In this document: positions 9,699 to 19,739 of the stretch, in pieces
How positions within the stretch are numbered: position 1 is the stretch's first letter
How the letters are laid out: each line of letters starts with the position of its first letter
From: Gemmatimonadales bacterium
Lineage (GTDB): Bacteria > Gemmatimonadota > Gemmatimonadetes > Gemmatimonadales > GWC2-71-9
Length of the DNA stretch: 64,000 bases
Assembly (NCBI GenBank): GCA_041577295.1
Contig: JBFGJG010000001.1
Coordinates: 160,001-224,000 of the forward strand
Direction of reading: 5' to 3'
The notes under the pieces: model-generated
What the model saw: only the letters and a program-made list of their open reading frames with translations
Databases searched by the model: none
Told to the model about the DNA's origin: nothing
Program-made: the position numbers and the translations under genes

Positions 9699-11051
9699 TC
9701 ACGTGACCCCCCCCGGGAGCAACAGCAGTGCGGCCAGTCCCAGCAGCAGCAAGAACCCACACACGTCGGTCATCGCCGTGACGAACACCGAGCTCGCGAC
9801 CGCGGGGTCAGCTCCGAGCCTTTCGAGAATCAGCGGAACGACGGCTCCCAGTGCCGTGGCGAGGACGAGGTTGCCCCACATGGCCATGAGCACGACCAAG
9901 CCAAGTTGCCATCCCAACCCGACGATGGTTGTGACCGCCGCCACAACGGCACCCACGGCGAGTCCGTTGATGAGCCCCACCACCAGCTCCTTCCCCAACA
10001 CGCGCGCACCCGTCCCGCGGGTCATGCCGCCCACGGCGATGCGCCGCACGGTCACGGCCAGCGCCTGGGTAGCCGCGTTCCCGCTGAGACCCGCAATGAC
10101 CGGCATCAGCACGGCGAGCGCGATGACCCGCTCAATGGTATGCTGGAAGACGTAGACCACGCCGCCACCGACGAACGCCGTCAGCATGTTGAGCGAGAGC
10201 CACGGGAGGCGGCTCCGGACCGCCTGTCGCCAATCGCCTCCTAACTGCTCGTCCCCTGGAACACCAGCAAACTTGAGCAGATCCTCGGTCGTTTCCGCTT
10301 CCACCACATCCATGACGTCGTCGAACGTGACTCGGCCAAGCAGCTTTCCCTCTGCATTGACCACCGGGAGCGCTGGCACGTTGTATCGCGCCATGAGTCG
10401 CGCCACTTCTTCCTGATCCAACTCCGGCGTAGCTTGGACCACCGGCTCCTCCATGATCGATCCGACACGCTGCGTCGGCGACACGACGACGAGCCGCTGC
10501 AGTGGCAGGATCCCCACGAGTCGAAACTGGTGGTCGACGCAATACACCTGATAAAACTCGCCCACCTCCTCCGCCTGTCGTCGGATCTCATCGATGGCCT
10601 CAGCGGCGGTCGCGGTCTCCTTCACAGTCATGACGCTCGCGGTCATGCGCCCACCAGCCGTGTCCTCGTCATACACGAGGAGTCGCTCGATCTCGACGCG
10701 ATCAGCGACGTGGCTGAGGATCGGAACGACCTTCTCGGCCGGGAGCTCCGCGATCAGGTCGGCTGCGTCATCATCCTCCAATTCCTCGACGATGTGGGCC
10801 GCCTGCTCGGGTCGGAGTGCGGCGAGCACCTCCTCTGGGTGCTCTTCCACTTCCATCTCGGCGAGCGCATCGGATACCAGCTCCGCGGGAAGGGCACGTA
10901 CCAGGAGGAGCTGAAGCTCCGGCTTCAGTGCGGCCAAAACGTCTGAGAGGTCCGAGGCGTGCAGATCGCGTGCTTTGGCGAGGAACCCACCGATGTCACC
11001 GGCCTCAGCAAGCGACCGGAGCTCGTCTTGCAGCGTCTCGTGTTGATCCAC
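9699..11051 (-). CDS. mgtE: Magnesium transporter MgtE
   Basis: N-domain, CBS pair, RLPWL, GNAATQ, DPAVASSVFVTAMTDV. Confidence 0.95.
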   Translation of the reverse strand: MDQHETLQDELRSLAEAGDIGGFLAKARDLHASDLSDVLAALKPELQLLLVRALPAELVSDALAEMEVEEHPEEVLAALRPEQAAHIVEELEDDDAADLIAELPAEKVVPILSHVADRVEIERLLVYDEDTAGGRMTASVMTVKETATAAEAIDEIRRQAEEVGEFYQVYCVDHQFRLVGILPLQRLVVVSPTQRVGSIMEEPVVQATPELDQEEVARLMARYNVPALPVVNAEGKLLGRVTFDDVMDVVEAETTEDLLKFAGVPGDEQLGGDWRQAVRSRLPWLSLNMLTAFVGGGVVYVFQHTIERVIALAVLMPVIAGLSGNAATQALAVTVRRIAVGGMTRGTGARVLGKELVVGLINGLAVGAVVAAVTTIVGLGWQLGLVVLMAMWGNLVLATALGAVVPLILERLGADPAVASSVFVTAMTDVCGFLLLLGLAALLLLPGGVT

Positions 11052-11704
11052 TAACTGTCTCGGAGCAACGAATCGAGGTCGAGTCCGCGGCGGCGCGAGA
11101 GTGCTGTGACATCACTGGGGCTGACCGAGCCACCCGAGAGAATGAGCTTCATCGCGTCCTCCACCGTGACCTGCGTTTCGATCAATCGGGTCCGCGGAAC
11201 GACCAGCATGAAGCCCGTGGTGGGGTTAGGCGTCGATGGAACGAAGACGTTGACGCACGGCTCGCCCACGATTTGCGACATGACGACTGCCTCTTCATTG
11301 GTGACGAAGGCAATCGCCCAGAGACCATCGGTCGGATAGGGAATCAGGACGGTTCGGCGGAACAGCTTCCGGCGCTCCCCCACCATCGACTGGACGATCT
11401 GACTCACCGCGTTGTAGATGCGGCCGGTCAGCGGAAACCGCACCAACGCCTCATTCCACCAGTGCAGCAGCTGGCGACCGGCTGCCCGGTGCACGATCCA
11501 TCCGACCAACAGCACGAACACGATGAGCAACAGGAACCCGAGCCCTGGGACACGGAGCCCCAACGTGTCTCGCAACGGGTCGCCGAGGATCGAGTCCAAT
11601 GTCTCGAACACCCAGCGGAGAACGAAGATGGTGAGACCCACGGGCGCGATGACCACGAGTCCCACGAGGAAGTAACGTCGGAAACGACGCGCGATTGGAC
11701 TCAT
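11051..11704 (-). CDS. DUF502 membrane protein
   Basis: RRYFLVGLVVIAP and VFVPSTPNPTTGF motifs. ATG at 11704 overlaps the upstream stop. Confidence 0.88.
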   Translation of the reverse strand: MSPIARRFRRYFLVGLVVIAPVGLTIFVLRWVFETLDSILGDPLRDTLGLRVPGLGFLLLIVFVLLVGWIVHRAAGRQLLHWWNEALVRFPLTGRIYNAVSQIVQSMVGERRKLFRRTVLIPYPTDGLWAIAFVTNEEAVVMSQIVGEPCVNVFVPSTPNPTTGFMLVVPRTRLIETQVTVEDAMKLILSGGSVSPSDVTALSRRRGLDLDSLLRDS

Positions 11705-12888
11705 GGCGATGGCCCGAGGTGAAGGATCGGCACCGGACTTCGTCGTACGACGACGCGGTCGACCCGCGTAGGGGTGGCTGCCAACACATCGAACTCCAGG
11801 GCACCCACCACGAACCGCTCGCCGGCGAGCGGTATCCGTCCCGCGCTGCGCGCCAAGAGGCCACCCACAGTCTCTGCTTTTGAAGGGAATGACACTTGGA
11901 AGCGGGCGGCGATCTCCTCGCACGGCGTGGCCCCAGTAGCTTCCACGACCTCGAGCGCGCCGCCCGATTCCGGCCCGCGGCCGTTGGGCTCCGGAAAAAT
12001 CTCACCCACGAGCTCCTCGAGGAGATCTTGAAACGTGGCGATGCCGGCCGTACCCCCGAACTCGTCCAATACCACCGCGAAGTGCCGACGATCTCGCTGC
12101 ATTTCGAACAGGAGGTCCGCGCAGTGCTTGCTTGCAGGCGCCACTGTGACGGGACGCAGCGGGAGCTCCGCCCCCGGGGCAACCTTGAGAAGGTCGAGTG
12201 CGTAGATCATCCCGATGATGTTGTCGAGGGACTCACGGTAGACCGGCACGCGGGAGTACCCCGATTCCGCGAAGATCTGCCCGACTTCCTCGAGCGGCGC
12301 GCCTTCGCGCACCGCGACGATGTTGGTACGAGGAGTCATGATTTCGCGCAGCGGACGTTCCGTGAAGTTGAGGACGCCGAGGAGCACCGCTACCAGCTCG
12401 CCGGTTTCCACCGCGTCTTCATCCGCCTCGAGGAATCTGGCCAGCGCGGCCTCGGGCTCCGCGTCCCCGCCACTTGGCACGAGCGGCGTGAGTAGCGTGG
12501 CCAGCCGATGGAGCCACGGGAGGGCACCCTTCACGATCGGTTCCGCCCAGCGCCGCCCTAGCGCGCGCGGAATCGCGTAGACCACGACGAGCAGGAACGG
12601 GATGGCGATCAAGAACACGGTTGCCGCACCCAGCCACAAGGGGAGAGGCCCCACCAGCGCCATGACACCGAAGGCCGCGAGGATGATGCCCACCCCAGCG
12701 ATTCCATTGGCGACGCCGTTGATCCGCGTGGGGACGGAGAGCACGGCACCCCCTGGCCCGGTCACGAGTCCGTGGGAGATCCAGCGATACAGCTCGACGC
12801 GACTTACGGCCACCGCGCCGACTACGAGCGTCATTCCGGTTGCGGCCAGGAGCGAGCCCACACTGAACAACAGCCAGGCAATCATCAT
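11701..12888 (-). CDS. CNNM/CorC (hemolysin-family) protein: TM region, CBS pair, CorC domain
   Basis: REIMTPRT, SGYSRVPVY, VLDEFGGTAG, ELVGEI. Confidence 0.9.
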   Translation of the reverse strand: MMIAWLLFSVGSLLAATGMTLVVGAVAVSRVELYRWISHGLVTGPGGAVLSVPTRINGVANGIAGVGIILAAFGVMALVGPLPLWLGAATVFLIAIPFLLVVVYAIPRALGRRWAEPIVKGALPWLHRLATLLTPLVPSGGDAEPEAALARFLEADEDAVETGELVAVLLGVLNFTERPLREIMTPRTNIVAVREGAPLEEVGQIFAESGYSRVPVYRESLDNIIGMIYALDLLKVAPGAELPLRPVTVAPASKHCADLLFEMQRDRRHFAVVLDEFGGTAGIATFQDLLEELVGEIFPEPNGRGPESGGALEVVEATGATPCEEIAARFQVSFPSKAETVGGLLARSAGRIPLAGERFVVGALEFDVLAATPTRVDRVVVRRSPVPILHLGPSP

Positions 12889-14081
12889 GCGTCGCTCGGT
12901 TCGGCTTCGATGACCGAGGCATCGTGAAGGCGCTCGAAGTAGACGCGTCGGACCCGGCGCCGAAGTACCCGCTCGACGACGACGCGGAACTCGCCAATCC
13001 TCAGCTCTTCACCGGGGCGCGGAACGCGTCCCAGTTCGCTATAAATGAGCCCGCCCACTGTCGCTACCTCTTCTTCGTCGAACGGAATGCCGAGCAGCTC
13101 CGCGAGGTCGTCGAGGCTGACCCGTCCGTCCACCCAGAAACGATCGGCACCCTCCTGTTCGACCGCCGGCTCCTCCTCGACATCGTATTCGTCGTAAATC
13201 TCCCCAACCACCTCTTCCAGGATATCCTCGAGCGTGACGAGGCCGGACGTACCGCCGAATTCGTCGACCACGATAGCGAGATGCGAAGGGCCACGCTGGA
13301 AGTCGCGCAATTGGGCGGCGAGCGACTTGGACTCCGGAACGAATTGGGCCGGCCGAACAAGCTCAATCCAGTTATCGGGTGGGTGCGCCACGCCAGCCGC
13401 CGAGGGCGTCAAGTCCTTCGCATAGAGGACTCCGGCGATGTTGTCTAGATCTTCCGAGTACACCGGGATACGCGCGTGCTCGCTGCGACGCAGGAGCTCG
13501 ATCACCTCGCGCACGGACGCGCGCGCCTCGAGGGCCACGACGTCTAAGCGGGGTGTCATCACTTCGGCGACCGTCGTGTCGCGCAGGGACAGCAACCCCA
13601 GCAGCATGTCCCGTTGACCCTGACCAAACGTCTCGTGGCGCCGGCGGTCGGCGGGGAAGAGTCCGGCAATCCGTCGCTCGATGCCCGTCACGAGTCTGAG
13701 CAACGGAACAAACGGCGAGAGGGTACGCCGCGCCACGGGGGCAACAGCCGCGGCTAGGCGAGGGATCAACACGGCGAGCGCGCGGGGGATTCCCTCGGCG
13801 ACCATGTAGAGAAACCCGGTGGCCAACAGCACGGTACCCAACGCTTCCACCAGAGGGCGCCGCCACCATGCGACCGCCGCGGCCGCCAGCACGCTGGCGA
13901 GAATGAGGAGCGCGAGTCGACTGACTTGTAGGGCCTGAAACACGGTGGGCAGCTCTGCCGATCGTTCCCGGCGCGCTTGGGCGAGCGTGGGTGCCTCTTG
14001 CGCAAGCACGAGCAAGCCCGCCCACGCCGCAGCCATGAGCGCCGCGCCGAAGGCGGCGAAGGAGATCGCTGCTCCGTTCAC
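12885..14081 (-). CDS. CNNM/CorC (hemolysin-family) protein, second tandem paralog
   Basis: EVMTPRLDV, HARIPVY, VVDEFGGTSG, EEVVGEIYDEYD. Start at the GTG overlapping the ybeY stop. Confidence 0.9.
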   Translation of the reverse strand: MNGAAISFAAFGAALMAAAWAGLLVLAQEAPTLAQARRERSAELPTVFQALQVSRLALLILASVLAAAAVAWWRRPLVEALGTVLLATGFLYMVAEGIPRALAVLIPRLAAAVAPVARRTLSPFVPLLRLVTGIERRIAGLFPADRRRHETFGQGQRDMLLGLLSLRDTTVAEVMTPRLDVVALEARASVREVIELLRRSEHARIPVYSEDLDNIAGVLYAKDLTPSAAGVAHPPDNWIELVRPAQFVPESKSLAAQLRDFQRGPSHLAIVVDEFGGTSGLVTLEDILEEVVGEIYDEYDVEEEPAVEQEGADRFWVDGRVSLDDLAELLGIPFDEEEVATVGGLIYSELGRVPRPGEELRIGEFRVVVERVLRRRVRRVYFERLHDASVIEAEPSDA

Positions 14082-14500
14082 GAGGCTTCGCCGGTGAGCT
14101 GCCGGACGTATCGCTCTTGTCGACGCCACATGGCGGATCGCTGTCGCCCTTCCCCATCGGGATGGCGATACCCGAGCACGTGCAACGTGCCGTGAACCAC
14201 CAGCCGGATGATCTCCTCGTGCTCGGGCACGCCAGCTGTCCGCCGCCGCCGCGCCACGGCCGGACAGATGTAGATGTCCCCGACGATACGCCCGTCGTGT
14301 GGCAGTTCGAACGCAATGACGTCCGTGGCCCGGTCCCGTCCCAAGCTGCGCCGATTGAGCCCGCGCATCTTTGGACCGGTGAGAAAGGTGACGCTCACGA
14401 GGGCGGGCCCGGCGTCTTCGCCGTCGAGCACGCTCGTGACCGTACGCTCGACCGTCGTTGCCGGGAGGGGCCCGAGCTCGCTTGGGTCCGCCACGACCAC
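14078..14500 (-). CDS. ybeY: rRNA maturation endoribonuclease YbeY
   Basis: ATDVIAF, GDIYI, HGTLHVLGYRH zinc motif. Start uncertain. Confidence 0.92.
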   Translation of the reverse strand: MVVADPSELGPLPATTVERTVTSVLDGEDAGPALVSVTFLTGPKMRGLNRRSLGRDRATDVIAFELPHDGRIVGDIYICPAVARRRRTAGVPEHEEIIRLVVHGTLHVLGYRHPDGEGRQRSAMWRRQERYVRQLTGEAS

Positions 14501-14501
14501 C

Positions 14502-16709
14502 TCACGCAGTGGACGCGCGCTGCCAATCTGACGAGATGCCACCGACGGAACTCGGGTACTCGATTCGATTGTGGTACACGCCCCCGAGCACGCGAGCGAA
14601 CTCCTCCTTGATCCGGTTCAGCTGCGCCATCGTGACCGGCGCTTCGTCTAGCTGCTTCGCGGCGACCCGCTGAGCAACGATATGATCGATGGCGTCGCTC
14701 ACCTTCTGCGGCGTCGGATCGTCGAGCACGCGCACGGCGGCCTCGACACCGTCCGCCAGCATCGTCACCGCGGTTTCGACTGATTGCGGCCGGGGACCCG
14801 GGTACCGATACTCCTCCGGGTTGACGTTTGGCCCCGAGGTGCGGGACCGGGCGCGGTCTAAGAAGTACGTGATCTCCATCGTACCGTGATGCTCGGGAAT
14901 GAACGCCTTGATCGCATCCGGCAGTTTGTGCTCATCGGCCAACGCCAAGCCCTCACGGACATGATTCCGAATGATGGCTGCCGAGACATCGGGTTTCAGT
15001 TTGTCGTGCGGATTGCTACCGGGTAGTTGATTCTCCACGAAGAACTGGGGCTTCTTCAGCTTCCCCACGTCATGGTAGTACGACCCGACACGCGCGAGCA
15101 GCCCGTCGGCACCGATGGCGTTGCAGGCCGCCTCGCACAGATTGGCCATGGCGATACTGTGCGCGTAGGTGCCTGGGGTTTCCGTCGCAAGACGACGAAG
15201 CAGCGGCCGGCTCGGATCCGAGAGTTCGAGCAGCGTGAGATCCGTAGTGACGCGGGCCATCGATTCGAAGATGGGAAGGGCGATCAGCACGAGGGCTGCC
15301 GAGACGAGCGCGTTCAGTCCACCGGCCAACCCGCCGAGACCCACCTCCTGCAGCGCGACGCCGCCGCGAAGACCCACCACGGAGCTGGCGAGCACGAACG
15401 CCCCCGTGACGATTGCCACTGAGCTGAGGAGCTGGGTTCGACGCCGGATGACCCGCACACTCAACGCGGCGGCGACACCGCCCACGACAGCCACGAACAG
15501 GGCGTCCGCGCCGCCGTAGGCCGCCTGGGTGCCGATCAAAATGGCCAAGACCAAGGCGGCCACGATTGCAACGCGACCGCTGAACAACACGGTGATCAGC
15601 ATCGCGGCGAACGGGATGGGAATCAACTCGGGCGCTTCGGAGAGCACTTGCCTGTTGAGCGCGGCACCCACGACGACCAACCCCACCAGGATGGCTAGCA
15701 CCGCCATGTGACGGAAGTTCGCATAGGTGTACGACCGGTACAGCATCAGCAGGAGCCAGAACGCGGCGAGGATCAGCGCGTTACTGAGCATCTGCCCGGA
15801 GATCGTCGCGACGTTGCTCTTCTCACCACCGCCGCGGCGTAGCTGTTCCGCCCGCAGCGCCAAGAGCCGGTCCCGAACCTCCGGCGTCACGACTTCATTC
15901 GCATCGACGATTCGCTCGTTCGCGCGCACCCGATCCTTCACGGAGTCCACGCTCGCGCGGAGATCGCGCCGAAGCTCTTCCGTCTGCGCCCGATTGGGCA
16001 AGAGCGTCGGTTGGAATAATCCGGCCAGGAACTTCACGAACACCGCGTTGCCGAGCGCAGAATTCGGATCTGGATGGCTCGCCGCGCGGCTATCGAGAAA
16101 CCGCTGATAGGTGATCGCCGAGTCGCGCGGCACCACCCGCTCGCTGTCACCCCGTCGCAGAAGCAGGCTCACGTGCTGCTCAGTCTCGACCGTACCCGGT
16201 CCGGCCACGCCTCGACCCAACTCCCTCCGCAGAACTGTTCGCACGGCGCTCCGGTAGCGCCCGAGACGCCCATTGCCAAGCAAGTATTGCCCCTCTTCGG
16301 GGTTGAGTCGTATGCCAAACCGCAACGCCGCAGCATTGAGGGTCTCGGACGTGCGGGCACTGTCCAATGTGGCAAAGAGTCGGTCTGTCCGAGCCAGCAC
16401 CGAGTCGCGGACCTCTGGGCGGTACTCGTACACGGGGGGGACCGTCGTGGCCAGAGCGCTCGCCTCGCGCTCGATCTCCGAGGCGGTCTTCTGAACGGCA
16501 AACTCGAAGGGTGCGAGGATCTCGACGCGCGAGACCTCGCCCACCTCCGGAATCGCCACCTCGAACCCGCCGGCAACTGGGAACAGCAGATAGGTCAGCA
16601 CCGCGAGCCCAAGGAGAAGACCCCAGCGCGCCGCGTGGAACCCGATGGCGCGGGGCAGCCGGCTGCGCGGCAATTCGAGGTAGAGGAGCGATCGCCGGTC
16701 GGGACTCAT
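14502..16709 (-). CDS. 7TM-HD (HDIG) membrane phosphohydrolase, PgpH/YqfF-like
   Basis: Extracellular domain, multiple TMs, PGTYAHS, YYHDVGK, FFVENQ, EHHGT, YPGPRPQS, MLADG; lies between phoH and ybeY. Confidence 0.92.
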   Translation of the reverse strand: MSPDRRSLLYLELPRSRLPRAIGFHAARWGLLLGLAVLTYLLFPVAGGFEVAIPEVGEVSRVEILAPFEFAVQKTASEIEREASALATTVPPVYEYRPEVRDSVLARTDRLFATLDSARTSETLNAAALRFGIRLNPEEGQYLLGNGRLGRYRSAVRTVLRRELGRGVAGPGTVETEQHVSLLLRRGDSERVVPRDSAITYQRFLDSRAASHPDPNSALGNAVFVKFLAGLFQPTLLPNRAQTEELRRDLRASVDSVKDRVRANERIVDANEVVTPEVRDRLLALRAEQLRRGGGEKSNVATISGQMLSNALILAAFWLLLMLYRSYTYANFRHMAVLAILVGLVVVGAALNRQVLSEAPELIPIPFAAMLITVLFSGRVAIVAALVLAILIGTQAAYGGADALFVAVVGGVAAALSVRVIRRRTQLLSSVAIVTGAFVLASSVVGLRGGVALQEVGLGGLAGGLNALVSAALVLIALPIFESMARVTTDLTLLELSDPSRPLLRRLATETPGTYAHSIAMANLCEAACNAIGADGLLARVGSYYHDVGKLKKPQFFVENQLPGSNPHDKLKPDVSAAIIRNHVREGLALADEHKLPDAIKAFIPEHHGTMEITYFLDRARSRTSGPNVNPEEYRYPGPRPQSVETAVTMLADGVEAAVRVLDDPTPQKVSDAIDHIVAQRVAAKQLDEAPVTMAQLNRIKEEFARVLGGVYHNRIEYPSSVGGISSDWQRASTA

Positions 16710-17668
16710 GCGCCCTGATCGTCCGCGTACGCCCGCACGATATCCCGCACAATGCGGTGTCGCACGACGTCACGCTCGTCGAGATAGCAGAACCCGACGC
16801 CATCGATTCCCGGAAGAATCCGTTCGACTTGTATCAGGCCTGATTCCTCGCGGTGGCTCAAGTCGATCTGCGTCTTGTCCCCCACGATCACGGCGCGCGA
16901 ATTGAGACCGAGCCGCGTGAGGAACATCTTCATCTGCCCTCCCGTGACGTTCTGGGCCTCGTCCAAGATGACAAATGCATCGGCGAGCGTGCGTCCGCGC
17001 ATGTAGGCGAGAGGCGCGATTTCGATGGTTCTCGTTTCGAGCGCCTTCTGAATCCGGTCAAACGGCATCATGTCTTCGAGGGCATCGTACAGGGGGCGCA
17101 GGTACGGGTCCACCTTGGCCTGAAAATCCCCCGGCAGAAAGCCGAGCCGCTCCCCGGCCTCCACTGCCGGCCGGGCGAGCACCAGGCGCCGCACCCGCTT
17201 CCGTGCCAACGCTTCCGCCCCGATCGCGACAGCGAGATACGTCTTCCCCGTCCCGGCGGGCCCGATTCCAATCACGATCTCCTGATCGCGTAACGCGCGG
17301 ACGTAATCGCGCTGACCCTGCGTCCGCGGCTGAATCACGCGTCGCAGCCCGGGAAGAACGATCTTGAGCTCGGGATCGTCGACGGCGGACGTGCCATTGC
17401 CGTCACCGTCGTTGAGACTGCGCACATCGTCCGTGGTGACAGTCTCACCGATCCGTGCGAGGTCAATCATGGCCGACGTCACGCGCGTCGCCCGTTCCAC
17501 CGCTTCCAATTCGCCAGCCAGCGTAACCTGGTCGCCCCGCATCGACGCTCGGACCCCGGTGACGCGCTCCAACTCCAACAGATTGGCGTCGTTGACCCCG
17601 GCGAACGCCAGGGGGTCGGCGCCTTCTGCCGACAGGCGATGGGTGACTTCACCGCTCTTAGACATCAC
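16706..17668 (-). CDS. phoH: PhoH-family ATPase (YbeZ)
   Basis: GPAGTGKT, RPAVEAGERLGFLPG, YMRGRT, DEAQN. Confidence 0.95.
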   Translation of the reverse strand: MMSKSGEVTHRLSAEGADPLAFAGVNDANLLELERVTGVRASMRGDQVTLAGELEAVERATRVTSAMIDLARIGETVTTDDVRSLNDGDGNGTSAVDDPELKIVLPGLRRVIQPRTQGQRDYVRALRDQEIVIGIGPAGTGKTYLAVAIGAEALARKRVRRLVLARPAVEAGERLGFLPGDFQAKVDPYLRPLYDALEDMMPFDRIQKALETRTIEIAPLAYMRGRTLADAFVILDEAQNVTGGQMKMFLTRLGLNSRAVIVGDKTQIDLSHREESGLIQVERILPGIDGVGFCYLDERDVVRHRIVRDIVRAYADDQGA

Positions 17669-19437
17669 GGCTCGACCCTCAGCGCGAGCTCTTTGAGCTC
17701 CGCAGGGTCGATGACGGCCGGCGCGGCTTCGAACAGCGCTCGCGCGGCCGTCGTCTTGGGAAACGCAATCACGTCGCGCAAGCTGCTCGCCCCGGCGAGA
17801 AGCATCGTCACACGATCAAACCCTACTGCAAATCCGCCGTGTGGTGGTGCGCCCGCTGCGAGCGCACGTAGTAGAAAGCCAAAACGCTCCTGTGACTGTT
17901 GCGCGGTCAAGCCCAGGAGACCGAGCACGTGCACTTGCAGACGCAAATCCGTGATACGAATGGAGCCGCTTCCCAGCTCGACGCCGTTGTAGACGAGGTC
18001 GTAGTGCAGCGCGCGAACGTCCTCGACCTGTCCGGCCAGCAAACGCTCCACGTCGTCGGGGTGCGGAGACGTGAAAGGGTGGTGGGCAAACACCCATCGC
18101 TTCGTGTTCGGATCGTGCTCGAACAGGGGGAAGTCCTCGACCCAGGCGAACGCGTGGGCCCGCGACGGCGAGAGCGCTAGGCGCTGTATGAGATGGGTGC
18201 GCACACGGCCGAGTGCCGGTGACGTCACCGCATCGGGCCCCGCCGCGGCGATCAGCAGGTCACCGTCGCGGAGCGCCGCCGTGTTCGCCGTGATCCCCTC
18301 GAGCTTCGCGAGCGGCCCCGAGAGCGCGTCACCCTGCCGCTTGAGCGTGGCGAGCCCGCCCGCACCTGCTTGCTTCGCCACCGCGGTCAAGGCATCGATA
18401 TCCTTGCGCGAGAGCGCGGCACCTCCCGGGACCCGGATGCCGCGCACGCGCCCGCCGTCGCCAAGCGCGCTGTCGAACGCCCGAAACCCCTTCCCACGAA
18501 ACATTTCGCCGAGATCCGCGAGGGTGAGCTCGTAGCGGAGATCGGGTTTGTCACTACCGTAGTGTTCCATCGCGTCGCGATAACGCAGGCGCTCAAATGG
18601 CTGGGTCACCGAGTGGCCCGCCTCGCTCCACAGCGCCACGTGAAGCGTTTCGAGAAAGCCGTACACATCGACCGGTTCCACAAACGATGCCTCGATGTCG
18701 ATCTGCGTGAACTCGGGTTGTCGGTCGGCCCGCGTGTCTTCGTCCCGGAAGCAGCGGGCAATCTGGAAGTAGCGATCGAAGCCCGACATCATGAGGACTT
18801 GCTTGTAGATCTGAGGCGACTGTGGCAGCGCGTAGAACTGGCCGCGATGGATTCGGGAGGGGACCAGGTAGTCACGCGCGCCTTCCGGAGTGGGCCGCGT
18901 GAGAATTGGCGTCTCCAGCTCGTAGAAATCCAGTGCCGAGAGTGTCGCTCGCGTCCGCTGGAGGAGCCGGTGCCGCAGCGCAAAGTTCCGCTGGAGCTCG
19001 GGACGCCGCAGGTCGAGGTGCCGGTGCTCGAGTCGGAGCTCTTCAGCGGGAAGTTCCTCCCCCTTGGTCCGCCACACCGGGATCGGAAGCGCGGCTGGAT
19101 CGGCCGGACCGACTACGGCCAAGGTATCGGCGCGCACCTCGACTGCACCGGTGGGCATGTCTGGATTACGCGCCTCGGGTGGTCGTGACTCGACCACACC
19201 CTCCACCAACACGACCGACTCTGGACCCACCCCGGCCGCGCGCCGCAGCACGTCTGGCCCAGCCCAGTCCGGGCCAAATGCCACCTACACCAGCCCGTCG
19301 CGATCCCGTAGATCGAAGAACAGGAGGCCGCCCAGGTCGCGGATCCGATGGACCCACCCCCCGAGCCGCACGCGCGTCCCGACGTGGGACGGCCGGAGCG
19401 CCCCACAGCGGTGCGTTCGCAACGCCGTTCGGGTCAC
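17665..19437 (-). CDS. aspS: Aspartate--tRNA ligase interrupted by one in-frame TAG at 19285-19287 (nonsense allele or sequence error)
   Basis: N-part LRTHRCG...[24 protein letters not shown], then TAG, then VAFG... in the same frame through [23 protein letters not shown] and [14 protein letters not shown]. Confidence 0.93.
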
Positions 19438-19705
19438 CTGCCCGTCAGACAGCTTATGCGCTTTCGTGAATACCCGGAGTGCGGCCCCGGCCCGTACTGG
19501 TTTGGGGGGCCGCCGTGGTCGTGGCAACGCCCGTCCCCGAGGGGGCACGGCGCACCCTGCCGGGGTGCGGGGGTGCCGTCTCGACGTGGCCAAGCGGGGA
19601 AAACTTGCGATGTGACAAGCGGTTGATTCCCATAATCCTCGGGACCTGCCAAGTCCCAGTACCACAGGAACATAATGGCCTCCGGGAGGAGCAGCAAGCG
19701 GCCGC

Positions 19706-19734
19706 TTGACACCCAACCGGGCGTCTATGAACCT
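19706..19734 (+). promoter_or_regulatory. Putative sigma70 promoter (leaderless) for the 19740 gene and rlmN
   Basis: Perfect TTGACA at 19706-19711, 17-nt spacer, weak -10 GAACCT, GTG start 5 nt later. Confidence 0.35.
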
Positions 19735-19739
19735 TCGGC

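Noticed and set aside
19285..19287. Genome-wide TAG reassignment or pyrrolysine at the aspS amber codon
   Set aside because: TAG ends guaA exactly at its conserved C-terminus and also ends folC, rodA and DUF502. No pyl genes are in the window, and the site is normally Gln.
19640..19670. T-box riboswitch ahead of aspS
   Set aside because: Only a partial TGTGGTAC resemblance on the minus strand; no terminator/antiterminator or specifier stem recognised.
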